A stretch of DNA of 64,000 bases from the IMG/VR virus record IMGVR_UViG_3300035092_000015, positions 1 to 64,000 of that record; one strand, written 5' to 3'. Position 1 is the stretch's first letter. The number at the start of each line of letters is the position of its first letter. A program made the translations under genes and the position numbers. Under the pieces are notes generated by a model. That model was not told where the DNA came from and did not search any database. It worked only from the letters and a program-made list of their open reading frames with translations. Source of the DNA: a virus. This document shows positions 38,327 through 47,472 of the stretch, piece after piece.

Positions 38327-40474
38327 GTGGAACGTACCCCGCTGCAGGTCGTGCTCGACGCCATCACCACCCGCACCGGGACCGGGCAGCTGCAGAACGG
38401 GCAATGGCGACTGCACTGCCCCGCCCACCCAGACCGAAACTCCAGCCTCGGACTGGCCGAAACCCCAGCCGGACATGCGCTGCTGTACTGCCAAGCCGGC
38501 TGCCGCACCGAAGACGTCCTCGCATCCGTCGACCTGCAGATGCGCGACCTGTACCCCATCACCAACGGCGACCGGCGCGAAGACCCCATCGTCGCCACCT
38601 ACCCATACGTGGACGAAACCGGGCAGCTGCTGTACCAAGTGCTGCGGACCGCCAACAAACGGTTCATGCAACGCCGCCCCGACCCCACCCAACCCACCAA
38701 ATGGATCTACAAACTCGACGACACCCGCCGGGTCCTGTACCGCCTCCCAGCCGTGCTGCAAGCCATCCGCGAAGGCCAAACCATCTACCTCGTGGAAGGC
38801 GAGAAAGACGTCCACACCGTCGAACAAGACGGCTGCGTCGGGACGTGTAACCCCGGCGGAGCCGGGAAATGGCGACCCGAATACACCGACCAGCTACGCG
38901 GCGCCCACCTCGTGATCGTCGCCGACATCGACCCCACCGGGGTCGGGATGCGCCACGCCCGAACCCTACACCAACAGCTACAACCAGTAGCAGCCAGCCT
39001 GCTGCTGTGCCAACCCGCCGCCGGGAAAGACACCACCGACCACCGGCTCGCCGGGTTCGCCCTGGACGAGCTGACCATCGTCGACCCCAACCCCCCAACC
39101 CCCACCCCGCAGGCCGTCCCGCTGCCCCCGGAGGCCATCGACGGGCCGCCCGAGCCGGTATCACCCGCAACCACCGACATGGGGAGAGCGAGGATCCGGT
39201 TGACCCCCGCATCGGCGTTCACCATCAAACCCGTCCGGTGGGTCTGGGACGGACGGATGCCACTCGGCGAGATCTGCCTCATCGCCGGACGCGAAGGCGT
39301 CGGCAAATCCACCTTCCTGGCCTGGCTCACCGCCGCCATCACAAACGGTAACCTCCCCGGGGTGTACGAAGGCGAACCCCGGGCCGTCCTGTACAGCGCC
39401 TCCGAAGACGCCTGGAGTTACACCATCGCCCCCCGGATGGTCGCCGCCGGAGCCAACCTCGACCTGGTCTACCGGATCGACACACTCGACGACGACGGCA
39501 CCCCAGGGAAGCTGATCCTCCCACGCGACAGCCGATACCTGCCCGAGATCGCCGAAGAAACCAAAGCCGCCGCACTCATGTGCGACCCCATCCTCAGCCT
39601 CGTCGACGGAAGGATCAACCCCAACCAAGCCCAAGAACTGCGCTCCGCACTCGAACCGTTGAAACACGCCGCCGAAACCGCCGGGATCGTCGTCCCCGCA
39701 CTCGTGCACTTCAACAAAACCCGCGACGTGGACATCCTGTCGATGATCGCCGGGTCGAGATCGTGGTCCGAAGTCGCCCGCGCCGCCCTGGCGATCGCCG
39801 AGGACAAAGAAGCCGAAGAATACACCTGTGTCGTCTCCCAGGGCAAGAACAACCTCGGCCGTAAAAACCTCCCCAACCTGCTGTACACCATCGACGACGT
39901 AGCGTTGGAGACCGAGGACGGACCACCTGCCAGGGTCGGCCGGCTGCGGTGGACCGGCGAGACCGAACTGGAGGCGGAAGAGGTGCTGCAACGCAAACCG
40001 ACCAGCCAAGCCAACCGGGAGAACATGAACCGGACCCAGGCGGCGATCTTGGACTGGCTGGACGAACAGGGCCGCGCCTGCAGCCCCCGCGAGGTTGCCG
40101 ATGGGCTGCCGGACGTCCTGAACTATGAGAACGCGAAGAAAACCCTCGCCCGGCTGGCGTCACGCGGCGTAATCCAACGGGTAGGGACAGGCTTGTATCG
40201 CACCGAACCTGCTGTCCCTGCCGCTGGAGCCGGGTCAACGCCCATGCGTACGCGCGACCCCCTCGGAAAACAGTCCCCGTCCCCCGCCCAAGTCAAGGGG
40301 GGTGGAGGGACTGGAAGTAAGGGTATACTTGTCCCCGCAGGGACTGGAGGAGGGACTGGGACGCAGGGGGCGGGCAAGTTGTCCCCCGAGGTGGTAAGGA
40401 GTTGCACGGTCTGCTACGGACCGTTAACGATCACCGAGCCCGGCCAGACCACCCACCCCACCTGCGAGCCCTAG
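38327..40474 (+). CDS. DNA primase (Zn-binding + TOPRIM) / AAA_25 helicase fusion
   Basis: CPAHPD...YCQAGC, LVEGEKD, IVADID, Walker A GREGVGKS, C-terminal wHTH. Confidence 0.9.
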   Translation: MERTPLQVVLDAITTRTGTGQLQNGQWRLHCPAHPDRNSSLGLAETPAGHALLYCQAGCRTEDVLASVDLQMRDLYPITNGDRREDPIVATYPYVDETGQLLYQVLRTANKRFMQRRPDPTQPTKWIYKLDDTRRVLYRLPAVLQAIREGQTIYLVEGEKDVHTVEQDGCVGTCNPGGAGKWRPEYTDQLRGAHLVIVADIDPTGVGMRHARTLHQQLQPVAASLLLCQPAAGKDTTDHRLAGFALDELTIVDPNPPTPTPQAVPLPPEAIDGPPEPVSPATTDMGRARIRLTPASAFTIKPVRWVWDGRMPLGEICLIAGREGVGKSTFLAWLTAAITNGNLPGVYEGEPRAVLYSASEDAWSYTIAPRMVAAGANLDLVYRIDTLDDDGTPGKLILPRDSRYLPEIAEETKAAALMCDPILSLVDGRINPNQAQELRSALEPLKHAAETAGIVVPALVHFNKTRDVDILSMIAGSRSWSEVARAALAIAEDKEAEEYTCVVSQGKNNLGRKNLPNLLYTIDDVALETEDGPPARVGRLRWTGETELEAEEVLQRKPTSQANRENMNRTQAAILDWLDEQGRACSPREVADGLPDVLNYENAKKTLARLASRGVIQRVGTGLYRTEPAVPAAGAGSTPMRTRDPLGKQSPSPAQVKGGGGTGSKGILVPAGTGGGTGTQGAGKLSPEVVRSCTVCYGPLTITEPGQTTHPTCEP
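40184..40385. repeat. Cluster of ten GGGAC/GTCCC pentamers (iteron-like), candidate replication origin
   Basis: Copies at 40184, 40214, 40273, 40279, 40307, 40331, 40340, 40352, 40358 and 40381 in both orientations, in the low-complexity 3' tail of the primase gene. Confidence 0.5.
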
Positions 40475-40503
40475 CCGTCGGGACCGCGTGATAGAGTGCA
40501 GGG

Positions 40504-40767
40504 ATGGCAACCCAGATCCAACCGGGACAACCCGGTGACCTGCCCGACCACCCACGCCCCATCAGCAGCACCACCTACCCCTGGGACCAATGGGCCGACG
40601 GACACACCTGGCTGCTCACCCGAGACACCGACTACACCGACACCACCCACAAAGTCACCGAAGCCGCCAAGAAACACGCCCAACGCCACGGCTACCACCT
40701 GCGCTACGCCACCACCCCCAACAGCATCCGCCTACGATTCATCCCGAAGGAACCCGCCACACCATGA
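40504..40767 (+). CDS. Hypothetical protein
   Basis: YPWDQWADG motif, ATGA coupling to purB. Confidence 0.6.
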   Translation: MATQIQPGQPGDLPDHPRPISSTTYPWDQWADGHTWLLTRDTDYTDTTHKVTEAAKKHAQRHGYHLRYATTPNSIRLRFIPKEPATP

Positions 40768-42206
40768 GCCGACGTACACCCACCCCAGACATCGACCGCA
40801 TCTGGACCACCACCTGGACCACACACCTGTGGCACCAACAATGGCTCGCCCATTTATACACCCAAACCCGAGCCAACCCCAACCACCCAGGACACGACCA
40901 CCTCGACCACTACCACCAAGCCGCCCAGCAATACGCCGACAACCCCACCCCGTGGTTGATCGAACAAGGGCACCAAGAACAGATCACCCGACACGACCTC
41001 CAAGCCGCCCTCGACATCTACAACCAGCACGCCGGACACGACACCGCCCACCTCGGACTCACCAGCCACGACATCACCGACCCCACCACCCAGATCCAGA
41101 TCCGAGACAGCGCCAACCACATCCTGCGGCAGATCACCGAACTCGCCCACCTGCTCGGACAGCAAGCCCAAACCTGGCGCCTGCAACCGCTGCTCGCCCG
41201 CACCCACGGCCAACCCGCCCAGACCACAAGCTACGGACACCGGATCGCCGCCACCATCACCCCGCTGCTGGCGGCCGGGGCCCGGCTCGAGGCCGCGATC
41301 CAGAACTACGACTTCCGCCCCCCGCACGGTGCGGTCGGCACCTCTGCTGACCTGAACCGCGTCCTGCACGGGTGGGCCGGGCACGGGAACGGCCCGACGA
41401 CGGCCTCGGAGGGGTCTCCGAGCGCCTCGGAGCCCCCAGCGGGTATTTCGGGCCCCCCAGGAGCTTCGGAGGCCGCCGGAAAGGCTTCCGAAGCCGTCGA
41501 CCTGTACGGCGTTTTGATCGCCAAAGCGGCCGGGTTCCAGTTCGTGATGCCCACCACCCGTCAGATCTACCACCGGTCCTACGACCTGCCGATCGCCTCG
41601 GCGATGGTGGAGATCGCGGCGGTCGCGCAGACCTGGGCCACCGACCGGCGGCTGGAGGCGATGCTCGGGTTGGGCAACGAGGCCCGCGACCCGGGGCAGG
41701 TCGGTTCGTCTGCGATGGCGCATAAGACCAACCCGGTCCTGTGCGAACGGATCTGCAGCCTGACGTCGGTTACTCGGAGTCACTACACCGGGTTGGCGGA
41801 GATCGCCGGGCAGGGGTGGCTCGAGGGGGATGTGTCGACCTCTGCAGCCCGGCGGTTGTTGCTGCCGCAACTGTTCTCGAATGTCTCGGCGATCTTGATC
41901 AACTGGCGCGACGCCGCCCTGCGGTGGGAGCCGGATTGTAAGCAGCTGTCCCGTGAGTTGGAGTTACACAACCAGGAGGTGTCGACGGGGGCGTTGCTGC
42001 ACTACCTGGTCGAGTCGGGGGTGCCACGGTCGGAGGCCCACCGGCGGCTGCGTGGGGGGGTGTTGGGGCTGCTGGCCGATGCGGATGGCGAGGAGCATGA
42101 TCGGTTACTGGCTGTGATGGTGGATGCGTCTCGGATCCCGGTGCAGGCGTTGGTCGAGGTCGATGTGATTGTGGCGGCGACGGCATCGCTCGGCCCGTCC
42201 AGTTGA
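40764..42206 (+). CDS. purB: Adenylosuccinate lyase (fumarase/ASL superfamily)
   Basis: TRHD, HLGLTSHDITD, ARTHGQPAQ, GAVGT, and signature GSSAMAHKTNP..CE. Confidence 0.85.
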   Translation: MSRRTPTPDIDRIWTTTWTTHLWHQQWLAHLYTQTRANPNHPGHDHLDHYHQAAQQYADNPTPWLIEQGHQEQITRHDLQAALDIYNQHAGHDTAHLGLTSHDITDPTTQIQIRDSANHILRQITELAHLLGQQAQTWRLQPLLARTHGQPAQTTSYGHRIAATITPLLAAGARLEAAIQNYDFRPPHGAVGTSADLNRVLHGWAGHGNGPTTASEGSPSASEPPAGISGPPGASEAAGKASEAVDLYGVLIAKAAGFQFVMPTTRQIYHRSYDLPIASAMVEIAAVAQTWATDRRLEAMLGLGNEARDPGQVGSSAMAHKTNPVLCERICSLTSVTRSHYTGLAEIAGQGWLEGDVSTSAARRLLLPQLFSNVSAILINWRDAALRWEPDCKQLSRELELHNQEVSTGALLHYLVESGVPRSEAHRRLRGGVLGLLADADGEEHDRLLAVMVDASRIPVQALVEVDVIVAATASLGPSS

Positions 42207-42232
42207 CACCCGGGGTGGCACGGTGGTTTCCT
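42203..42232 (+). promoter_or_regulatory. Promoter/operator
   Basis: TTGACA-N18-TTTCCT, with TGACAC-CCGGG-GTGGCA. Confidence 0.55.
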
Positions 42233-42266
42233 GGCGGGCGGGATGAGCGAGAGCTAAGCTGGATCT

Positions 42267-42449
42267 ATGGCAGCCGATGTCTCCGCCCGAGTCCGGATCG
42301 TCAAAGTCTTCAACCTCGAAGAACAACTCCGCGACCAGGTCCAAACCCTGCGCGACCAGGTCCAAACCATGCAGGGGCAAATCCAGACCCTGCAGGGCCA
42401 GGTCCAGAACCTGAACCAACGAGTCACCGCACTGGAGAACGCACCTTGA
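42267..42449 (+). CDS. Short coiled-coil protein built from 21-bp tandem repeats
   Basis: LRDQVQT LRDQVQT MQGQIQT LQGQVQN heptads. Confidence 0.6.
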   Translation: MAADVSARVRIVKVFNLEEQLRDQVQTLRDQVQTMQGQIQTLQGQVQNLNQRVTALENAP

Positions 42450-42462
42450 GAGGACGGCATCT

Positions 42463-43005
42463 GTGGTAAGCGACGGATACTGGCTGGCCGCCCCCGGCCA
42501 CGACTGGCGGCGGGTCAAGCTCGAGGACTACCTGACCGCAGCCGGCAACGCCGGACTGTACCGTACCGTCACCGACCGGCCTCCCGAGGCGTTCACCGAC
42601 ATCGCCTCCGGGATCCGAGGAACCACGTCCGACCCGAACGCGGACCCGCAGGAGATCCCCCGGTTGCACGTGCAAGGCCGGACGTTGAACGAGCAACAAC
42701 TAGCTGCCTTGCGCACTGCGTGGGGCCAGGTCGGCGCTGTGCTCGCACAGGTCCGTGCCGACACCATCGCGGCGATGCGGGTTGTTGCCGAAGCAATGGG
42801 CGCCGCTGTCGATGAGGCTCAGAAGGTCCGGGAGGCTGCGACGATCAGGAACCAACCCTGCACGGCCGCACCCGACGATGTGCTCCGCCGTGTGTGCTAC
42901 GTCTGGACGACCCACGAACATCCCGACCTGCCCGGGGTTCAGGTCGAGACCTGTATGCGGTGCGGGGAGCCCAACTGGGAGGCTCTAGCTAAACTCCTCC
43001 AATAA
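42463..43005 (+). CDS. Hypothetical protein
   Basis: GAGAGGA RBS, C-terminal CMRC. Confidence 0.5.
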   Translation: MVSDGYWLAAPGHDWRRVKLEDYLTAAGNAGLYRTVTDRPPEAFTDIASGIRGTTSDPNADPQEIPRLHVQGRTLNEQQLAALRTAWGQVGAVLAQVRADTIAAMRVVAEAMGAAVDEAQKVREAATIRNQPCTAAPDDVLRRVCYVWTTHEHPDLPGVQVETCMRCGEPNWEALAKLLQ

Positions 43006-43009
43006 CACC

Positions 43010-43038
43010 TTGTGTCACACTGGATGTCACGCTAAGAT
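43010..43038 (+). promoter_or_regulatory. Promoter/operator for leaderless lipoprotein gene
   Basis: TTGTGT-N17-TAAGAT containing TGTCAC-ACTGG-ATGTCA. Confidence 0.5.
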
Positions 43039-43044
43039 GGTGGT

Positions 43045-43680
43045 GTGAATCTATCGACCCGCACCGCCACCGCCACCCTGGCCGCCCTGACCACACTCAC
43101 CCTCACCGCTGGATGTGACACCGACTTCTGGGGCAACCCACAACCCGGCCCCAGCGACGAAGGCACCAGCTGCCCCGTAGGAGAAGGACCCGTGGCCCCA
43201 CCCCTGCCATTCGACCCCGCCGCCCAGCAGAAACCCGACGGCGTCACCCCCGGCAACAGCTGGATCGTGTTCGAACTCGAGGTCAGGGCGTTGGGCGGCG
43301 ACGGGGACCGCGACTACTGCGTCCCGTTCGCCGGGCACGTCTACGCCCGGTCCGGCGAAGCCGACACCGTCACCCTCGACGGTGCCGGGCTGCCCGGCGG
43401 GCCGCACGACTTCATCGGGACCACCCCCTGGACCGGGCGGTACCTCGCCCTGCAGTACAACCCCACCGAGCAGCGGTTCGCCGGAACACCCCCCGCCTAT
43501 GAGGTCCACCTCGACGCGACCTACCTGGCCGATCGGGACGCCCACAACCCCCCACCTGCAGCCCTGCGGTGTGCGATCCGACTGCGCGGGGCGACCGTCG
43601 CGCAGGACCTGTCGGTGATCGCGAAAGGCAGCAACGTCCGATGCGAGCTGCGCAGCAACGACTACTGGATCCACGCATGA
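43045..43680 (+). CDS. Lipoprotein
   Basis: Signal peptide with lipobox LTAGC. Confidence 0.7.
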   Translation: MNLSTRTATATLAALTTLTLTAGCDTDFWGNPQPGPSDEGTSCPVGEGPVAPPLPFDPAAQQKPDGVTPGNSWIVFELEVRALGGDGDRDYCVPFAGHVYARSGEADTVTLDGAGLPGGPHDFIGTTPWTGRYLALQYNPTEQRFAGTPPAYEVHLDATYLADRDAHNPPPAALRCAIRLRGATVAQDLSVIAKGSNVRCELRSNDYWIHA

Positions 43681-43759
43681 AGATCTCGATCCTGTTGGTC
43701 GCTCTGGCGGCGGCGTTCTGCGTGGTCATGGCGGTCGGGTTCCTGGCCGGGTACATCCG

Positions 43760-44122
43760 ATGAACCGGGTACTGTACGGCGACGCCCAGGGCCGGTGGGC
43801 GCAATTGATCTGGCCGGATGGGCTGGTGTCCCCTCCGGCGCTGGCGATGCACCAGCCGCTGGTCGGGCCGGCCGGGTTGATCCACCTCGGGCATCCGTGT
43901 GAGGTGGTGGGCCAGATCTGCGCCCGGCACGGCGGGAATAAACGCCCGGTCCAGCAGGCGATCGCCGGGCTGCTCGGGGTGACGCAGCAGCAAGTGTCGC
44001 GGTATGCCCTGGGGCAGTCGTTGCCGCCGCCCGTTGTCCTGCCGGTGGTCGTCCGGATGTGGTTCGATCCGCAGCTGGTCGAAGACGTGATAGCCGGGAT
44101 CGAGGAGGTCGACGGTGGGTGA
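43760..44122 (+). CDS. XRE-like HTH protein
   Basis: QQAIAGLLGVTQQQVSRYALG. Confidence 0.6.
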   Translation: MNRVLYGDAQGRWAQLIWPDGLVSPPALAMHQPLVGPAGLIHLGHPCEVVGQICARHGGNKRPVQQAIAGLLGVTQQQVSRYALGQSLPPPVVLPVVVRMWFDPQLVEDVIAGIEEVDGG

Positions 44123-44480
44123 TCTTCACGGCGAGATCCGGGTTCGGGTCGAGGCCCGGCAGCAACGGGCCCGAGAAGTTGCCCCGACCTGGGGGAAAAG
44201 CGTCCGCAATGGCGGGGTCGGTACGACCTTCACCCACCAGGCTGGGCAGTGGGAGGCGGCCGAGGCGACGAAGGTGTTCGTCTATCATGAGAACCCGACC
44301 GTCGTCCTGCGCAACTGCGCCGAAGACCTGCGGATCCTGGACGAGCACCGTCCGTGCGCCTGCGACTTGGCCCGGGAGGTTCCGCACTGTGTCACCCACC
44401 GCTGCCCGGCCAGACGGCCGCACACCGCGCTGTCGTCGCTCGCCCGTCGCTACGGAATTGAGGAGAACGATCATGACTGA
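44115..44480 (+). CDS. DUF6221-like protein
   Basis: NPTVVLRNCAEDLRILDEH ... LARRY pattern. Confidence 0.55.
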   Translation: MGDLHGEIRVRVEARQQRAREVAPTWGKSVRNGGVGTTFTHQAGQWEAAEATKVFVYHENPTVVLRNCAEDLRILDEHRPCACDLAREVPHCVTHRCPARRPHTALSSLARRYGIEENDHD

Positions 44481-44676
44481 CGAACTCACCTGGTTTAAGA
44501 GCACCTACTCTGCCGACAGCGCCGCCTGCGTCGAGGTCGCCCGCACCGACACCGAGGTGTGGCTGCGGGACTCGAAACACCCCACCGGGCCCGTGCTGCG
44601 GCTCGACCCGGACGTGTGGCGCCGGTTCGTCCAAGACGTGAGCGCGGGAGCGTTCGACATTGGGACGAAGCCGTGA
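44473..44676 (+). CDS. DUF397 (BldB/Scr1-like) protein
   Basis: WFKSTYS...CVEVA...LRDSK.P.GPVL...W..F. Confidence 0.9.
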   Translation: MTDELTWFKSTYSADSAACVEVARTDTEVWLRDSKHPTGPVLRLDPDVWRRFVQDVSAGAFDIGTKP

Positions 44677-44852
44677 GCGGCGAAGCCCAGGACATCCCCT
44701 GGACCAGCCCGTGCGACACCGGTACCTGCATCCAGACCCGCACCGTCGGCGGCCAGGTCGAGATCCGCGACTCCGAAAACCCAAACGCTACGCTGCTCGT
44801 ACCGGCGCAGGCGTGGGAGCGGTTTCTCGCCGCTGTCGTAGCAGACCGTTGA
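44673..44852 (+). CDS. Second, divergent DUF397 protein
   Basis: CDTGTCIQ...IRDSENP...AWERFLAAV. Confidence 0.75.
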   Translation: MSGEAQDIPWTSPCDTGTCIQTRTVGGQVEIRDSENPNATLLVPAQAWERFLAAVVADR

Positions 44853-45229
44853 TGGCTGGCGAACGCCCTTACCAGGACGGGCTGGTCGTGGTCAACTCGG
44901 ACGGGACCGACACCGGCGGGCCGTTGCAGTTCCTGGCCGACGCACTGCTCGCGAACGGGGTCGACCGGCAGGCTGCCGCCCTGATCATCTCCACCATGGC
45001 CGACACCCTCGAGGTCGAGCGGAAAGCCGCTGACATGAACGCCTGGCGGCAAGGACGGGCCACAGCCACCGAACTGGTCCGCAAAGTCGACCAATCCCAC
45101 CAGCTGTACACCGTGCGTTGGCAAGAAGCCTGGGACGCGCACGAGATCATGCAAGCCGTGCGGTGGCGCGGCGTGGCGGAGGGTCTGCAGATCGCACTGT
45201 CGATCCTGGCCGGACCGGAGGACCAGTAA
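44852..45229 (+). CDS. Hypothetical protein
   Basis: TGATG coupling. Confidence 0.5.
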   Translation: MAGERPYQDGLVVVNSDGTDTGGPLQFLADALLANGVDRQAAALIISTMADTLEVERKAADMNAWRQGRATATELVRKVDQSHQLYTVRWQEAWDAHEIMQAVRWRGVAEGLQIALSILAGPEDQ

Positions 45230-45759
45230 TGGCTGGCTGGTGGGACCACTTGCTGCACACCCCGATGCGTGACCTGGCGTGGTATGACTGGATCGCCGCG
45301 ATCGCGGCGATCCTGATGTCCGTCGCGGGCATGATCGGTGGGGCGACGGCCGTCCGATGGGGGCTGCAGCGGTGGCGCCCGGGGCCCACCCCGGAGCAGC
45401 TGATCGCCGCGATCAAAGCCAACTACGCCGGCCAGTGGGTCGCTGTGCACGGCGGGAAGGTCATCGGGCACAGCCAATACAACACCCGGGTCCTGCCTGA
45501 CGCTGTTGGTCGTGCCGGGACGACTATCGCCTACGTCTGCCGCCCGGAGGAGATCCCCAAGTGGGCAGCCAGGTTCGACCGGGAAGGACGGATCGGACCG
45601 AACGACGAGCACGAAACCCGCGAAGAGGCCGAACGTTGGGCGCAGTCCTGGGTTCGGTCGCGCGGCCCGGCGACGTTGATGCAACGGGTGGACGACCCGA
45701 TGCACCTGTGCGGGGTGTGGGTCGAGGTCGGACCGATCGAGGTGGGGCGGGATGCTTGA
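45229..45759 (+). CDS. Membrane-anchored hypothetical protein
   Basis: TAATG coupling, TM helix, GQWVAVHGGKVIGH motif. Confidence 0.55.
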   Translation: MAGWWDHLLHTPMRDLAWYDWIAAIAAILMSVAGMIGGATAVRWGLQRWRPGPTPEQLIAAIKANYAGQWVAVHGGKVIGHSQYNTRVLPDAVGRAGTTIAYVCRPEEIPKWAARFDREGRIGPNDEHETREEAERWAQSWVRSRGPATLMQRVDDPMHLCGVWVEVGPIEVGRDA

Positions 45760-46120
45760 CCGTTGGTACGGGGTCAGCTGCGATGGGTGCGGCGCAACTC
45801 AGGAGATTCTGCCTTCTGGTCGTGCGGCTCGAGCAGCGGCGAAGAGGAGAGGCTGGCGGCGGATCCTGGGCCGAGACCTGTGCCCGCGATGTCTGGCGAA
45901 GGAAGCTGAAGATGCCTGACGGGGGGCAGGAGGAGCAGGAGGGTGGGGCTATGGTCCTGACGTTCCGCGACGAGGCAGGCCGGGAATGGCTCGCCGCCGC
46001 CCTGGTTGGCCCGCTGTACCGGTATGAGGGCGCCGACCCGGTCCCGGTCGAAACCATCCCGGTCTCGTTGTTGAAAGACCGCCCGTTCACCCTGTGCCGG
46101 ATCACGGTGGTCGACCAGTG

Positions 46121-46531
46121 ATGGACGGACGCGGGACCGGGCTGTGGAGCCGCGACAACGACACCTACCGGATGTTGTCCTACGTCGCCAACCGCAGGAA
46201 AGGCTGGAGCCTCCAACCCGGCCAATGGTACTACCGCTGGCCTGGCAAGGCAGTCGCTGCCGCACTCCCGAACCTGCCCTACGGGCGGGCGTCGGCGAAA
46301 CCCCACACCGACCGGACGGTTGCGCACATCTCACATCTGGTCCTGCTGGGGTGGCGCGGTGGGCAGCTGCTCGGGACGATGGCGGTGTGGCTGTGCGGCT
46401 CCACCACCACCCAGTTCGTCCTCGAGCAGGATCTACAGTCCCGTCCGTGTCCGATGTGCTTCCTGCGCCGGGATGGGCTCGGGATCCTGATCCAGAACAG
46501 CATCGTCGTGATCGGAGGCCGCAGTGGCTGA
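46121..46531 (+). CDS. Hypothetical protein
   Basis: TGATG coupling, H...WLCG...CPMC. Confidence 0.5.
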   Translation: MDGRGTGLWSRDNDTYRMLSYVANRRKGWSLQPGQWYYRWPGKAVAAALPNLPYGRASAKPHTDRTVAHISHLVLLGWRGGQLLGTMAVWLCGSTTTQFVLEQDLQSRPCPMCFLRRDGLGILIQNSIVVIGGRSG

Positions 46532-46745
46532 ACCGCGACACCGTTGCCCCGGGCTGTGCGGCAACACCGTCCCGAACCATCTGCTGGCCTGCGGGCCGTG
46601 CTGGTGGCGCCTGCCGGCGCAGCTAAAACGGACGGTCGGGCGGGCCTACCACCGCCGGGAACACGACCCGACCGGGCACCAGCAGGCGGTCGCGGCAGCG
46701 GCGGCGTGGTACCGACAGCAGAAAGAGGGGCAAGCGAATGGCTGA
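46524..46745 (+). CDS. Small Zn-binding protein
   Basis: CPGLC...CGPCW. Confidence 0.55.
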   Translation: MAEPRHRCPGLCGNTVPNHLLACGPCWWRLPAQLKRTVGRAYHRREHDPTGHQQAVAAAAAWYRQQKEGQANG

Positions 46746-47295
46746 GGTCGATCTGGAGAAGGTCGAGGGCCGTCGGGCGCGGGCAGCTGCCTGGATGAAC
46801 GGGCAGGACCCGCCGGAGGGTGCGGGGGAACGCGCGGCATGGCTGGTCGTGACGGGTGATGTTCCGGCGTTGATCGCCGAACTGGAGCAGATCCGACGTG
46901 ACATGGCCGACCTGCGGGTCGAGCGAGATCAATACTGGAGCCGGTTCAACAGTTCCCAGGACTCGAACAGGACCCTTGCGACTATGGCGCGGGAGGAGCG
47001 TGACCGGGCTAACGAGGCTGCCCGGTTGAGCGCTGAGGCCCGCGACCTGCGAACAGAGATCGCCGAGATGGAGGAGGTGATCCAGGACCTGCGGCAGGAT
47101 CTGCAGCGGCACAGCGACGCCCGGATTGTCGAGACCCGCGCCCGGTGCCGGGCCGAGCAGGTTCAGTTCACCCACTCCATGTTCGCCTACCCCCACCTGT
47201 TCCTGTGGCATGCCCTGTTCGACGGGACCCCGCTGTGCCGGTGTTGGCACAGCCGCGAGATGAGGGAGCACGCCCGTGCACTGGATGTGGAGTGA
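46738..47295 (+). CDS. Coiled-coil hypothetical protein
   Basis: DVPALIAELE motif, heptads. Confidence 0.55.
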   Translation: MAEVDLEKVEGRRARAAAWMNGQDPPEGAGERAAWLVVTGDVPALIAELEQIRRDMADLRVERDQYWSRFNSSQDSNRTLATMAREERDRANEAARLSAEARDLRTEIAEMEEVIQDLRQDLQRHSDARIVETRARCRAEQVQFTHSMFAYPHLFLWHALFDGTPLCRCWHSREMREHARALDVE

Positions 47296-47472
47296 CTTCG
47301 TCCCGAACGTCCTGGCCAACATCGCCGGGACCGGGACCGTCGCCCTGGCCGTCGCCGGGTTGATCAAACTCGACACCGTCCGGGCCAGACGTCGCGCCGC
47401 CCAGGCCCGCGCCGAGCGCGCCGCATCGAACCTGTCCCCCGCTCCGTCCGCCACACCCGAAGGAGACAACCA

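Noticed and set aside
40472-41350. Amber read-through of primase into the in-frame 40496 ORF
   Set aside because: That frame is a Pro/Arg-rich shadow overlapping the better-supported 40504 gene and purB.
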